Assembly (NCBI GenBank): GCA_964016885.1
Contig: OZ024747.1
Location: forward strand, 49,042,001-49,106,000
Length of the DNA stretch: 64,000 nt
DNA from: Eledone cirrhosa
Taxonomy: Eukaryota
Reading direction: 5' to 3'
A program made the translations under genes and the position numbers. Under the pieces are notes generated by a model. The model worked only from the letters and a program-made list of their open reading frames with translations, was not told where the DNA came from and made no database searches. Positions 27,561-41,300 of this stretch are shown here, piece by piece (within the stretch, counting starts at the first letter, position 1; each line of letters opens with the position of its first letter).

Positions 27561-27957
27561 TAAACAAATAATGAATAAACAATTCCTTATATTAAACAAA
27601 AAAAGTTCATTATTTAACGATCGTTTCTAGGGTATATATGTGTTATAATTGGTATGCATATTCAACAGATCTATGTACAAAATTATACAAAATTATACAA
27701 ATTATCAAGATTAAATATACATACCAAACACATATATACGCCGTCTTCAGAAATATTTCTGAAGACGGCGTATATATGTGTTTGGTATGTATATTTAATC
27801 TTGATAATTTGTATAATTTTGTATAATTTTGTACATAGATCTGTTGAATATGCATACCAATTATAACACATATATACCCTAGAAACGATCGTTAAATAAT
27901 GAACTTTTTTTGTTTAATATAAGGAATTGTTTATTCATTATTTGTTTAATATTTTAT
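27552..27957. repeat. Perfect 406-bp palindrome (203-bp arms, no spacer)
   Basis: Axis at 27754/27755. The ORF track shows identical ORFs on both strands (27643..27855- and 27654..27866+). Confidence 0.97.
27754..27898 (+). ncRNA. Type I hammerhead with about 116-nt extended stem II (mirror copy at 27611-27755 on minus)
   Basis: TATTT-CTGAAGA-[long hairpin GTATATATGTGTT/AACACATATATAC]-GAAAC-GATC-GTT^AAATA. Confidence 0.7.
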
Positions 27958-28088
27958 CTTGACTCTGTATACCGTTTATCTTTCACCGAAAGTGGTTTTT
28001 CATTACATCTCTTCTTTCCATGATATCCGGAATACATTGAGTTCTTCATACGGATTGGACACTACCGTAAACTCTTGGTAGATTTATC

Positions 28089-28180
<92 letters not shown>

Positions 28181-28407
28181 CATATATATATTTATACATA
28201 TATATATATATAAGAGAGTATTGAAGTTTGCTTGAAGCATTGTGGAATAATAATTAAAAAATTTTTGTCGTTTTGGAAGCCTCAACAATGCAGTTGGGTA
28301 AATCTCCGGGTAACAGAATCCGGTGGCGAAGAGAGAGATGTAAGGGAATGTAGAATGAGATGTATAGTGTGTAGAGGAACGTAGGAAAGAGCGTAAAATA
28401 TAAAAAT

Positions 28408-28592
28408 AATTGTTTCTACTACAAGGCCAGCAAATACCCAGTACATTACTGGTACTTTATTTTATCGACCCCGTAAGGATGAAAGACAAAGTTAACCTCG
28501 GCGGGATTTGAACTTAGAATGGCAAGGGCCGTAACTCTTTGCTGCAAAGCATGGCGTCCGACCCTCTACCGATACTGCCAATCCACCGCCCT
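28408..28592 (-). mobile_element. SINE family A
   Basis: Near-identical to 16141-16330. Confidence 0.9.
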
Positions 28593-28762
28593 CACCGCTA
28601 AAACATAAAAATAATAACACGAGATAGAGTTACCTTGGGAGATATTTAATTGTCCCTATATTTCGGATTTCGCATCCATCAACTGGGGGGTTTTCCGAGG
28701 GGGAAAGTTATCTGTCGGAGAGGAACGGTACGTGGCCTCTGTTGTCCGCTGTTTGTGCGTAA

Positions 28763-28793
<31 letters not shown>

Positions 28794-28896
28794 CATATAT
28801 ACATATACACCTACATATATATATACATACACATACATATATATATATACATACATATATATATATATACATACATACATACATACATACACACAC

Positions 28897-28946
<50 letters not shown>

Positions 28947-29454
28947 CATATTATTTAAATCAATATTGCAAAGTTCTGGGGCGTTCCTTAAGTTTATTTT
29001 TTGGGGAGGGGGGGGTCATACACAAACAAATTAGAATACACAGCAAACCTTCCCAATGTTACCTATCAAAGTTAATTGAAAAGTTATACATACAGGTATT
29101 AAATTCAAAAATTCTAAACATCCTGAAACTAAAAAGCCCAGCTGAGGGCACAAATAAATTGCTACGACCGTTGCTAGTGGGACTCCTCACTGCAGGGAAC
29201 CCGGGGCTATTGCCACTCGACTCCATTAAATCATACTCTGCTTCTACATTATTGCTCAACCTGCTAGAAATAGCCACGGAATCTCTCCCACACAAATCAT
29301 AACTTACCATTTTATATAAAGCAAGAAATGGATTTATCTGTCAGTGAAACTAAACATTGGCCTTTCTAGGATATTGATAGGTCCTTCAGATGATTTTTAA
29401 GCTGTGCAGACATTTAACAACATCACAATCACCAATATACGCACTACAGTACAT

Positions 29455-29790
29455 CTGATCTGAGGCACTCCGTCGGTTACGACGATGAGACTGTCAGTTG
29501 AACCGATCAACGGAACAACCTGCTCGTGAAATTAACATGCAAGTGGCTGATCATTTCACAGACACGCATAGCCATAACGTCAGGGAGATTCACCGTGACA
29601 CAGAATGGCTGACCATTCGAATGAACTACAGGTACAACTCATTTTTGCCAACGTGAAATAAAGTGTCTTGGAACGTGAACTCAAGTGGATTAAGGTGAAG
29701 TAAAGTGTCTTGCTCAAGGACACAACGCGCCGCCGGGAATCGAACTTCTAACCTAACGATTGTAAGCCGAATACCCTAGCCATGCACCTT
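29455..29790 (-). mobile_element. tRNA-derived SINE family B with 13-bp TSD
   Basis: Minus strand GTTCGATTCCCGG B-box and TTGTGTCCTTGAGCAAGACACTTTA core. TSD CACTACAGTACAT at 29442-29454 and 29791-29803. Confidence 0.88.
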
Positions 29791-29890
29791 CACTACAGTA
29801 CATACAACACAATCATCAATATACACACTGCAATACAGTCAACACCACAATCATCAACATAGACACTACAGTACGTACAACACAACCACC

Positions 29891-32800
29891 AGTGTCTATG
29901 TCAGTGGTTGTGTTGTTGATGTACTGTAGTGTCTATGTTGGTGGTTGTGGTGTTGTGTGTACTGTAGTGTCTATGTTGGTGGTTGTGTTGTTGTGTGTAC
30001 TGTAGTCTCTATGTTGGTGGTTGTGTTGTTGTGTACTGTAGTGTCTATGTTGGTGGTTGTGTTGTTGTGTACTGTAGTGTCTATGTTGGTAGTTGTGTTG
30101 TTGTGTGTACTGTAGTGTCTATGTTGGTAGTTGTGGTGTTGTGTGTACTGTAGTGTCTATGTTCGTAGTTGTGGTGTTGTGTGTACTGTAGTGTCTATGT
30201 TGGTAGTTGTGGTGTTGTGTGTACTGTAGTGTCTATGTTGGTGGTTGTGTTGTTGTGTGTACTGTAGTGTCTATGTTGGTGGTTGTGGTGTTGTGTGTAC
30301 TGTAGTGTCTATGTTGGTAGTTGTGTTGTTGATGTACTGTAGTCTCTATGTTGGTGGTTGTGTTATTGTGTGTACTGTAGTGTCTATGTTGGTAGTTGTG
30401 TTGTTGTGTGTACTGTAGTCTTTATATTGGTAGTTGTGGTGTTGTGTGTACTGTAGTCTCTATGTTCGTAGTTGTGGTGTTGTGTGTACTGTAGTGTCTA
30501 TGTTGGTAGTTGTGGTGTTGTATGTACTGTAGTCTTTATATTGGTAGTTGTGGTGTTGTGTGTACTGTAGTGTCTATGTTGGTGGTTGTGTTGTTGTGTG
30601 TACTGTAGTGTCTATGTTAGTAGTTGTGGTGTTGTGTGTACTGTAGTGTCTATGTTGGTGGTTGTGTTGTTGTGTGTACTGTAGTGTCTATGTTGGTAGT
30701 TGTGTTGTTGTGTGTACTGTAGTCTCTATGTTCGTAGTTGTGGTGTTGTGTGTACTGTAGTGTCTATGTTGGTAGTTGTGGTGTTGTATGTACTGTAGTC
30801 TTTATATTGGTAGTTGTGGTGTTGTGTGTACTGTAGTGTCTATGTTGGTGGTTGTGTTGTTGTGTGTACTGTAGTGTCTATGTTAGTAGTTGTGGTGTTG
30901 TGTGTACTGTAGTGTCTATGTTGGTGGTTGTCTTGTTGTGTGTACTGTAGTGTCTATGTTGGTAGTTGTGTTGTTGTGTGTACTGTAGTGTCTATGTTGG
31001 TAGTTGTGTTGTTGTGTGTACTGTAGTGTCTATGTTGGTAGTTGTGTTGTTGTGTGTACTGTAGTGTCTATGTTAGTAGTTGTGGTGTTGTGTGTACTGT
31101 AGTGTCTATGTTGGTGGTTGTGTTGTTGATGTACTGTAGTGTCTATGTTGGTAGTTGTGTTGTTGTGTGTACTGTAGTGTCTATGTTGGTGGTTGTGGTG
31201 TTGTGTGTACTGTAGTGTCTATGTTGGTGGTTGTGCTGTGTGTACTGTAGTCTCTATGTTGGTAGGTGTGTTGTTGTGTGTACTGTAGTGTCTATGTTAG
31301 TAGTTGTGGTGTTGTGTGTACTGTAGTGTCTATGTTGGTGGTTGTGTTGTTGTGTGTACTGTAGTCTCTATGTTGGTAGTTGTGGTGTTGTGTGTACTGT
31401 AGTGTCTATGTTGGTAGTTGTGGTGTTGTGTGTACTGTAGTCTCTATGTTGGTAGTTGTGGTGTTGTGTGTACTGTAGTGTCTATGTTGGTAGTTGTGGT
31501 GTTGTGTGAACTGTAGTGTCTATGTTGGTAGTTGTGTTGTTGTGTGTACTGTAGTGTCTATGTTAGTAGTTGTGGTGTTGTGTGTACTGTAGTGTCTATG
31601 TTGGTAGTTGTGTTGTTGTGTGTACTGTAGTGTCTATGTTGGTAGTTGTGTTGTTGTGTGTACTGTAGTGTCTATGTTGGTAGTTGTGTTGTTGTGTGTA
31701 CTGTAGTGTCTATGTTGGTAGTTGTGTTGTTGTGTGTACTGTAGTGTCTATGTTGGTAGTTGTGGTGTTGTATGTACTGTAGTCTCTATGTTGGTAGTTG
31801 TGTTGTTGTGTGTACTGTAGTGTCTATGTTGGTAGTTGTGGTGTTGTGTGTACTGTAGTGTCTATGTTGGTAGTTGTGGTGTTGTATGTACTGTAGTGTC
31901 TATGTTGGTAGTTGTGTTGTTGTGTGTACTGTAGTGTCTATGTTGGTAGTTGTGGTGTTGTGTGTACTATAGTGTCTATGTTGGTAGTTGTGGTGTTGTA
32001 TGTACTGTAGTGTCTATGTTGGTAGTTGTGGTGTTGTATGTACTGTAGTGTCTATGTTGGTAGTTGTGGTGTTGTATGTACTGTAGAGTCTATGTTGGTA
32101 GTTGTGTTGTTGTGTGTACTGTAGTGTCTATGTTGGTAGTTGTGGTGTTGTATGTACTGTAGTGTCTATGTTGGTGGTTGTGTTGTTGATGTACTGTAGT
32201 GTCTATGTTGGTGGTTGTGTTTTTGTGTGTACTGTAGTGTCTATGTTGGTAGTTGTGTTGTTGTGTGTACTGTAGTGTCTATGTTGGTAGTTGTGGTGTT
32301 GTATGTACTGTAGTGTCTATGTTGGTAGTTGTGGTGTTGTATGTACTGTAGTGTCTATGTTGGTGGTTGTGTTTTTGTGTGTACTGTAGTGTCTATGTTG
32401 GTAGTTGTGTTGTTGTGTGTACTGTAGTCTCTATGTTGGTAGTTGTGTTGTTGTGTGTACTGTAGTGTCTATGTTGGTGGTTGTGTTGTTGTATATACTG
32501 TAGTGTCTATGTTGGTAGTTGTGTTGTTGATGTACTGTAGTGTCTATGTTGGTAGTTGTGTTGTTGTATGTACTGTAGTGTCTATGTTGGTAGTTGTGTT
32601 GTTGTATGTACTGTAGTGTCTATGTTGGTAGTTGTGTTGTTGTGTGTACTGTAGTGTCTATGTTGGTAGTTGTGTTGTTGTGTGTACTGTAGTGTCTATG
32701 TTGGTAGTTGTGTTGTTGTATGTACTGTAGTGTCAATGTTGGTAGTTGTGTTGTTGATGTACTGTAGTGTCTATGTTGGTAGTTGTGTTGTTGTATGTAC

Positions 32801-35064
32801 TATAGTGTCTATGTTGGTGGTTGTGTTGTTGTGTGTACTGTAGTGTCTATGTTGGTAGTTGTGTTGTTGTGTATACTGTAGTGTCTATGTTGGTAGTTGT
32901 GGTGTTGTGTGTACTGTAGTCTCTATGTTGGTGGTTGTGTTGTTGTGTGTACTGTAGTCTTTATGTTGGTAGTTGTGTTGTTGTGTGTACTGTAGTGTCT
33001 ATGTTGGTAGTTGTGTTGTTGTGTGTACTGTAGTCTTTATGTTGGTAGTTGTGTTGTTGTGTGTACTGTAGTGTCTATGTTGGTAGTTGTGTTGTTGATG
33101 TACTGTAGTGTCTATGTTGGTGGTTGTGTTGTTGTGTACTGTAGTGTATATGTTGGTGGTTGTGTTGTTGTGTGTACTGTAGTGTCTATGTTGGTAGTTG
33201 TGTTGTTGTGTGTACTGTAATGTCTATGTTGGTGGTTGTGGTGTTGTGTGTACTGTAGTCTCTATGTTGGTGGTTGTGTTGTTTGTGTGTACTGTAGTCT
33301 CTATGTTGGTAGTTGTGTTGTTGTATGTTCTGTAGTGTCTATGTTGGTAGTTGTGTTGTTGTGTATACTGTAGTGTCTATGTTGGTAGTTGTGGTGTTGT
33401 GTGTACTGTAGTCTCTATGTTGGTGGTTGTGTTGTTGTGTGTACTGTAGTGTCTATGTTGGTAGTTGTGGTGTTGTGTGTACTGTAGTCTCTATGTTGGT
33501 AGTTGTGTTGTTGTGTGTACTGTAGTGTCTATGTTGGTAGTTGTGTTGTTGTGTGTACTGTAGTGTCTATGTTGGTAGTTGTGGTGTTGTGTGTACTGTA
33601 GTCTCTATGTTGGTAGTTGTGTTGTTGTGTGTACTGTAGTGTCTATGTTGGTAGTTGTGTTGTTGTGTGTACTGTAGTCTCTATGTTGGTAGTTGTGTTG
33701 TTGTGTGTACTGTAGTGTCTATGTTGGTAGTTGTGGTGTTGTGTGTACTGTAGTCTCTATGTTGGTAGTTGTGTTGTTGTGTGTACTGTAGTGTCTATGT
33801 TGGTAGTTGTGTTGTTGTGTGTACTGTAGTCTCTATGTTGGTAGTTGTGTTGTTGTGTGTACTGTAGTGTCTATGTTGGTAGTTGTGGTGTTGTGTGTAC
33901 TGTAGTCTCTATGTTGGTAGTTGTGTTGTTGTGTGTACTGTAGTCTTTATGTTGGTAGTTGTGTTGTTGTGTGTACTGTAGTGTCTATGTTGGTAGTTGT
34001 GTTGTTGATGTACTGTAGTGTCTATGTTGGTGGTTGTGTTGTTGTGTACTGTAGTCTCTATGTTGGTAGTTGTGTTGTTGTGTGTACTGTAGTGTCTATG
34101 TTGGTAGTTGTGTTGTTGTGTGTACTGTAGTCTTTATGTTGGTAGTTGTGTTGTTGTGTGTACTGTAGTGTCTATGTTGGTGGTTGTGTTGTTGTGTACT
34201 GTAGTGTATATGTTGGTAGTTGTGTTGTTGTGTGTACTGTAGTCTTTATGTTGGTAGTTGTGTTGTTGTGTGTACTGTAGTGTCTATGTTGGTAGTTGTG
34301 TTGTTGATGTACTGTAGTGTCTATGTTGGTGGTTGTGTTGTTGTGTGTACTGTAGTGTCTATGTTGGTAGTTGTGTTGTTGTGTGTACTGTAGTCTCTAT
34401 GTTGGTAGTTGTGTTGTTGTGTGTACTGTAGTCTTTATGTTGGTAGTTGTGTTGTTGTGTGTACTGTAGTGTCTATGTTGGTGGTTGTGTTGTTGTGTAC
34501 TGTAGTGTATATGTTGGTGGTTGTGTTGTTGTGTGTACTGTAGTGTCTATGTTGGTAGTTGTGTTGTTGTGTGTACTGTAATGTCTATGTTGGTGGTTGT
34601 GTTCTTGTGTGTACTGTAGTGTCTATGTTGGTGGTTGTGTTGTTGTGTACTGTAGTCTCTATGTTGGTAGTTGTGTTGTTGTATGTACTGTAGTGTCTAT
34701 GTTGGTAGTTGTGTTGTTGTGTGTACTGTAGTGTCTATGTTGGTGGTTGTGGTGTTGTGTGTACTGTAGTCTTTATGTTGGTGGTTGTGTTGTTGTGTGT
34801 ACTGTAGTGTCTATGTTGGTAGTTGTGTTGTTGATGTACTGTAGTGTCTATGTTGGTGGTTGTGTTGTTGATGTACTGTAATGTCTATGTTGGTAGTTGT
34901 GTTGTTGTGTGTACTGTAGTGTCTATGTTGGTAGTTGTGTTGTTGTGTGTACTGTAGTGTCTATGTTGGTAGTTGTGGTGTGTCTATGTTGGTAGTTGTG
35001 TTGTTGTGTGTACTGTAGTCTCTATGTTGGTAGTTGTGGTGTTGTTGTATGTACTGTAGTGTCT
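29891..35064. repeat. 38-bp satellite (TGTACTGTAGTGTCTATGTTGGTAGTTGTGTTGTTGTG), roughly 135 copies
   Basis: Period 38 (e.g. TACTGTAG at 31623 and 31661). Inverted units at 29414-29454 and 29791-29890. Confidence 0.98.
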
Positions 35065-35594
35065 GAGGTGGGGCCATTTATTAGTGAGTTTGTTAGAGGT
35101 TTTAATGTTTTAGTAGTGTTGCCCGAAGCTAATGAGTTGATCTTCCATTTATCCTGGCTGATAGGTACCAGTAATACAGAACGGTCAGTCCTTCAAGAAC
35201 TCAACTGTACCTCCTCCAACCCATTACTTGCTTGCATGAATATAAATACGTTAGGGCCTCGTGTATGTAATACAATGAGTTAAAAAACATCCATCAATTA
35301 AGATTATACATGCAAATTAGTAGGTGAGATAAGAAATAATTTGTTGGTGATAATGATATAAAGCAGCACTACCTGTGTTAGAGTCGTTGGTGACTAAACT
35401 GGCAACATAACACTAGGGTCTCAGCCTGGTATGTGGACGATGGATGGACACCGTGACAGGACAAAACATATTACCTGGCTATAAGGGTGGATGGACTCCA
35501 CAAGAAGTAAACAATCATCCATCCAACAAATTGAAAGGAACCACTTGAAGTATTTTGACACTAACATTGTTGTCGTCTCTCTTGGCAACCACTG

Positions 35595-35737
35595 CACCCG
35601 GTTGTGTCTGACATACTTGTCTTTCCTCTGATTCCGAGTGAGCCGGGCGAGAGAACCCCCGGTAACCGGCACCCGGTTGTGTCTCAGACATACTTGTCTT
35701 TCCTCTGATTTTGAGCGACCCGGACAAGAGAACCCCC
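35595..35737. repeat. Two-copy direct repeat of about 70 bp, GC-richer than flanks
   Basis: GCACCCGGTTGTGTCT..GACATACTTGTCTTTCCTCTGATT..GAGAACCCC occurs twice. Confidence 0.85.
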
Positions 35738-35982
35738 TTGATAAATGTGAAGGCGCCCTAAAATGGCATAAATAAATCCTGGCTAAGATTATCACCATCA
35801 TATCTTTACATCTTTGGAAACGACAATTGTTCACGTTCAATAGTAGACAAAAATTCCATCTAGGGTTTGTTGAAAATCTAAAAACAAGCAAAGGTGATAT
35901 ATTCAATAAGATGAATTGATGGTAATTTTTGGACAATACAGAGAAATGAAAATAAAATGGAGTTCGTTATATTACATGAAGA

Positions 35983-36310
35983 GTTGTTGTTGTTGTTGTT
36001 GTTGTTGTTGTTGGACCTCTGTCGGTTCCAATAGTTTGGTCAACAGAACAGCCAGCTCGAGAAATTAATATGTAAGTGGCCGAGCACTCCACCGACGAGT
36101 GTATCCTTAACGCAGTTCATGTAGAGATTCAGCATGACACAGTGTGCGAAAAGGCTAGCCCTTTCAGTTATAGGCACAACTCATTTTTGGCAGCTAAGTA
36201 AACTGGAGCAACATAAAATAAAGTGTCTTACTGAAGGACATATCACCGTCAGGAATCAAATTCACAATCTTATGATCGTGAGCTGAACAAGCTAAGCACG
36301 TGCCATCACC
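35983..36310 (-). mobile_element. SINE family B with (AAC)n tail
   Basis: Homologous to 29455-29790. (GTT)n at 35983-36012. Confidence 0.85.
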
Positions 36311-37204
36311 TACATTAACAGATGAAAAAAGATGAAAACAGATGAAAAAAGACGAGGTAAAAACAGCTCGTTACATTAGATACTGTAAATTTTGCCTGTC
36401 ATTCTCACAAGGGGCCAGTTTTTTCCAGTGGGGAGTCATAACAAATTAATATCCAGCTCTGAACCCAATCCCTAATACAAATATACACTTTGCCAGTTAG
36501 ATATTATTCTTAGAATATTGACTGTGATCTAGTTTTCTGGACTTCTAACTTTTAACTTTTAACGTCTGAAATTTAAATTTTTTGGGGGATATTCGGGTTG
36601 TGAAACCTTAAATATTTTCTATGATAAGTTATATTAACCATAGCAGTATGTAACTTTCTCACTTTGGGGTTGATGGTCTGTATATTATCCCATCATAAAC
36701 GGGTAACGGGTACGAATGCACTAAAATTCTACTGGTCACCAAAACTAGCAGTAAATAAATTTTGGCTGGTTTGAACTCCCATTGACCATATCGAGTTGTC
36801 GGCCGAAGTGGTAGGGGACTGGTAGCTAGAGAGGACAAATAAAGTTGGTGGTATTCTACGTTGTAGTTGAGTGGTCAGCCACCCACACCAATACGACTGC
36901 GCAGTGCTGTCGGGATATTCTAAAAGCTAGAAGGGAGAGGACACTCAAAGCAAAAACATACACATTTTTTTAGTCCGTTGCCTTCCATCCAAAATTGCCT
37001 CGGAAATGTTATCTTTTAATCAATTTTTGCTGCCTGAAGAAATCCCAATATCTATCGTCATTGAAATATGTATAACGGCTCAATTAATAAAGGACCCTAA
37101 CATTTTCAACTTTATATATACATATACACACACACACACACACACACATACTTTTTTCTGTACTTGCAGTACAGTTGTTTTGTCCTCGATTCCGACGAGG
37201 ACAG

Positions 37205-38362
37205 ATGCGGCCAGCCAAGAAGGGGCCATCCCGGGGGGGGGGGGGGGTTACCCTCACAATTTTTTGCCCGCAGTAGGAGGGCACCAACACCATTTCCTTG
37301 CTCCTTAGGGTCACTAAGGATTGAGCCTTTGCCTCCTGGGGTGTGGCAAAAAGTACGTCTACGGTGGCATATTTCTTGCCTCGGGTGATGTGTGTTTTCT
37401 GCTGCCACACAGACCCCAAAGCTTTTTGTATTTGAGCCTCTGTGGCTCTTTCAACCCTACGGGATTTTGTACTTACTGTACGGTACGTGACCGTACAGTG
37501 CTGTTGGGTTTCGAAAAAATTTTCGGCTGCCTTGCAGATTGCTCGGTGTCCAGTTTTTGTCACCATCTTCTTCGTTTCCTCTAATTCCTCATTTGTTATG
37601 AGGATGGTTTCCAGGTTCTTTGCGATACCTGCAAACGAGATTGGTTTTTCTTTGCTGCTGTTGTTGTTGCTGTTGTCGTCAGAGCTGCTGTTACTTTTGT
37701 TGTTGCTGCAGGTACTACGACTACTGCCGCCGCCGCTGTTGCTGTGGTTGTTGTTGTTGTTGGTGCTGCTGCTGTTGTTGTTGCTGCTAATGCTGTTGTT
37801 GTCTATGCTGCTGCTGATGCTGTTGCGGCTGCTACTGTTGTTTTCCTTGTCACTGTGCTGTTGTTATTACGGCTGCTACTGCTATTATTCCTGACGTCAG
37901 ACGAATGAAATGGGTTTTCGTATTTCCCGCACACCTTTTTCGTCGTTGTCGTCGTCGTCTTGGAGAAATCTTGCTCGCTTTGCACGTGATTTTTCTTTTC
38001 TGTCGTCGCTTGCGATAGAGAAGGGAGGGAGAGAGACACATTTAAAGAAGGGAGGAAGAGAGACAATCTTCTCTCTGCTGTAGTGACGATTGAGGAAGAA
38101 GACGGAATGAGTGGGAGTGACCTATGAAAATTCTTTTTCGTAGCCATGTTGTTTTTTTGTTTAAAATAAATATTGGGCACAAAACCCCAATAGGCGGTTA
38201 TTTAACCCCGAAGGGCCAAATAACGGGCAGAAAGACCCCTCTCACGAGGAGGAGGGTGTTTTTGTCTACAAGTTGGTTAAAGTTTTAAACAATTTACAAT
38301 TGTTATAGCGGTCAAAATTTATAATACCTTACAGAGCCGAGCCTCCGTCAACCATAGCATTC
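37205..38362 (-). mobile_element. 5' part (UTR and ORF1) of a Tx1-like LINE abutting (TAA)n
   Basis: Same layout as 840-1496 (leader, ATG, low-complexity N/S/A tract), then ORF1-like EAQIQKALG..RGKKYATVDVLFATPQEAK. Confidence 0.6.
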
Positions 38363-38385
38363 AATAATAATAATAATAATAATAA

Positions 38386-41300
38386 CCGAGAGTGACGAAA
38401 TCACCGGGGGTGATGAAATCACCGGTGATTATGTAACCATACATTCGCCAATCCTCGATAAGAGTGTTTAAATGTCGAACCTAAACAGTTCGAATAACGG
38501 TGAAATGGAGACTAGAATGTCATGTGACAGACTCTCACCCAACAGGTGCTCCCTGGCTCAGCAGCAGGGACCTGGCTGTCAACCAAATACTGCTGGTGTC
38601 GGAGAAAGAAGAAGAAGTAAAGGGACCAGAACCAACTGGACGAAAGAATTGAATAGAACTGTTATGCAATGTTACCTGAATAGTAACCCCAAAGAGAAAG
38701 GCTATAGCAAACGGATGCATAACATCTGGAACGAGATTGGTCTATTTAAATTAGATGAACAAAAATTGGCCGGGCAGGCTCGGGTAATAAGAACTAATGG
38801 GTGGATAAGCGAGTTGGAACTGGAGGAACTGAGCAGAGAGATTAGCTTGGAAATGGAGAGTGGAGTATGCCAGGCAAACGAGCCAGTGGGAAATGAAGGT
38901 GAGGAGGTCGAGAAAACGGAGGAACCACCCGAAGCAGACAATGATCTGAATGCTGAGATAAATAATACCTGGAACAGAGATACGGCCACTGAGGAGATGA
39001 ATGCTGACGGGCTAGGACAAGATTTGGTTGATATCCTAAACTTAGTGGTAGATGAATTGAACAATGATAGTGGGAAACCTATGAACCTAAGATTTGTAGA
39101 CAGGAAAAAGTTAAAAGAAACAACAGCTAAGGTAAACAAAGTCATCCCATACCTTGAGGCCAGGAGCCTTCACCAGTGCAACAATATCCTCAAAGCAACA
39201 GCAAATACGGTGAGGAAACTACTTGGTATAAAAGCGAGAGGAAACAACAAACAAGAAAGATCAGAGCCTTGGTGGAAGAAACGACTGAGTGGTCAAATCA
39301 GGGAAATGAGAAATGACATTGGAAAGCTTGAGTCCCTACTGAATGGGACACTAAAAAACATAGACACTAAAAATAGACTGGAAATAAAGTACAAAACTAG
39401 GAGTAAAAAGCTAAATATTATCATAGAGGAACTGAAGCAACGCATTGTAGCAAAGAGTGCAAAAATCAGGCGATACGAGAACAGAGTCAGTCAGTATAGA
39501 CAGAACCGCATGTTCGACAACAACCAGAAGATGCTGTTTGGACAGCTTGAAGGGAAAGAAAGAGGCAACGACTTGATCCCTGAGGCGGAACAAACTAAAA
39601 TATTCTGGAGAGAAATATGGGAGCAGGATGTTAAACATAATGACCAGGCAGTGTGGATTGAGACAGTACAGAAGGAGATTAGTGAAGAGGCACACCAACA
39701 AACTGATTTGAGTATCACAGTTGAAACTCTTAAGGGGCTGGCCAAAAAATTAACCAACTGGAAATCACCAGGCCCAGATGGTGTGCAGGGGTATTAGATT
39801 AAAAATATAACATCCCTCCACCCGAAACTGACAACCATGTTCAATGACTGCTTGATGTCCGGTGAGGTACCAGAGTGGTTGACAAAAGGTACCAAAGTTC
39901 TGATTATGAAAGACCGAATCAAGGGTAATGATGTTACCAACTATAGACCTATCACATGTCTGTCCGTAATGTGGAAACTGTTGACAAGCATTATATCTGA
40001 GGAAATCTACCATCACCTCCACACAAACAACTTGTTACCGGACGAACAGAAAGGATGCCGAAAGAAGTCACGTGGTACAAAGGACCAGTTACTTATTGAT
40101 AAGATGGTAATGAGGAATTGCAAGAGGAGACACACTGGTCTTGCCATGGGATGGATAGACTACAAAAAGGCATTTGACATGATGCCTCATTCTTGGATCA
40201 CCAAAAGCCTGGAGAACTTCAGGGTGGCAGATAAAATCAGACAGTTGTTGGGCAAAAGTATGAAGTCCTGGGAAACAGAGTTAACATCAACTGGAGAATC
40301 CTTGGGAAGCGTGAAGATCAAGAGAGGTATCTTCCAGGGAGATAGTCTGTCCCCTCTGTTGTTTGTCCTTGCCCTGATGCCCTGACCAGTGTACTGCGAA
40401 AAGTGAGAGCAGGATACAGGTTGGGAAAGGGAGGGCTTACCATCAATCACCTCTTCTTCATGGACGATCTTAAGCTCTTCGGGAAGAGTGAGAAGGAGTT
40501 GGATGTGCTTGTTGACACTGTCCGTATTTTCAGCAATGATATATGTATGCAATTTGGTATTAGTAAGTGTGGAGTCATTGTGATGAAGAGGGGTAAATTG
40601 AGCAGAAGTGACGGAATCCAGGTACCAACGGGTGAGATGATAAAGGAAATTGACTCTGAAGAAGGATACAAGTATTTGGGTGTTCTGGAGGCTGATGACA
40701 TCAAGAACAAAAAAATGAAGGAATTGATAAGAACTGAATACATTCGGACAGTAGGAATGCCATAAGTGCAGTAAATTCCCGAGCTGTGTCTATTATTAGG
40801 TACAGTGCGGGAATTCTGAGATGGAATGTTGCTGAACAAAAAGAAATGGATAGGAAGACTAAGAAGCTATTGACTATCTACAACATGTTCCACAAGAGGA
40901 GTGATGTCGATAGACTCTACTTAAGGAGATCTGAAGGTGGAAGAGGTCTTATCAGCATAGAGGACTGTGTTCAGATGGAGAAAAACAACCTACACAAATA
41001 CGTGACTGATAGTAAGGAGCCAATGCTCAGAACTGTACTGAAGGAGGGGACAATAGACCAGAGGATGTCCAAGGAGGAAATAACATCAAGCAGAAAGAGC
41101 AGCCTTCAGGAAAAATCCCTTCATAGCACCTTCTTTGAGAAAACTGAATTCAGAGATCCACAGACATGGAACTGGTTGAAAAGAGGAGACCTTAAAAAGG
41201 CTACAGAAGAAATGTTAATGGCTGCGCAGGAGCAGGCCCTCAAAACGAAGTGTTTGAAACACCATATTTACAAGGAGGAGGCCAGCCCACTGTGCAGGAT

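Noticed and set aside
27638-27871. Identical 62-aa and 70-aa ORFs on both strands
   Set aside because: A consequence of the perfect palindrome, not genes.
28650-28690. Minimal hammerhead-like GGAT-GCGAA-ATCC-GAAATATA on minus
   Set aside because: The CUGANGA box is not recognisable, so it was not counted.
29891-35064. Mucin-like Thr-rich coding repeat on minus
   Set aside because: The 38-bp unit is not a multiple of three, so TAG stops recur in every frame.
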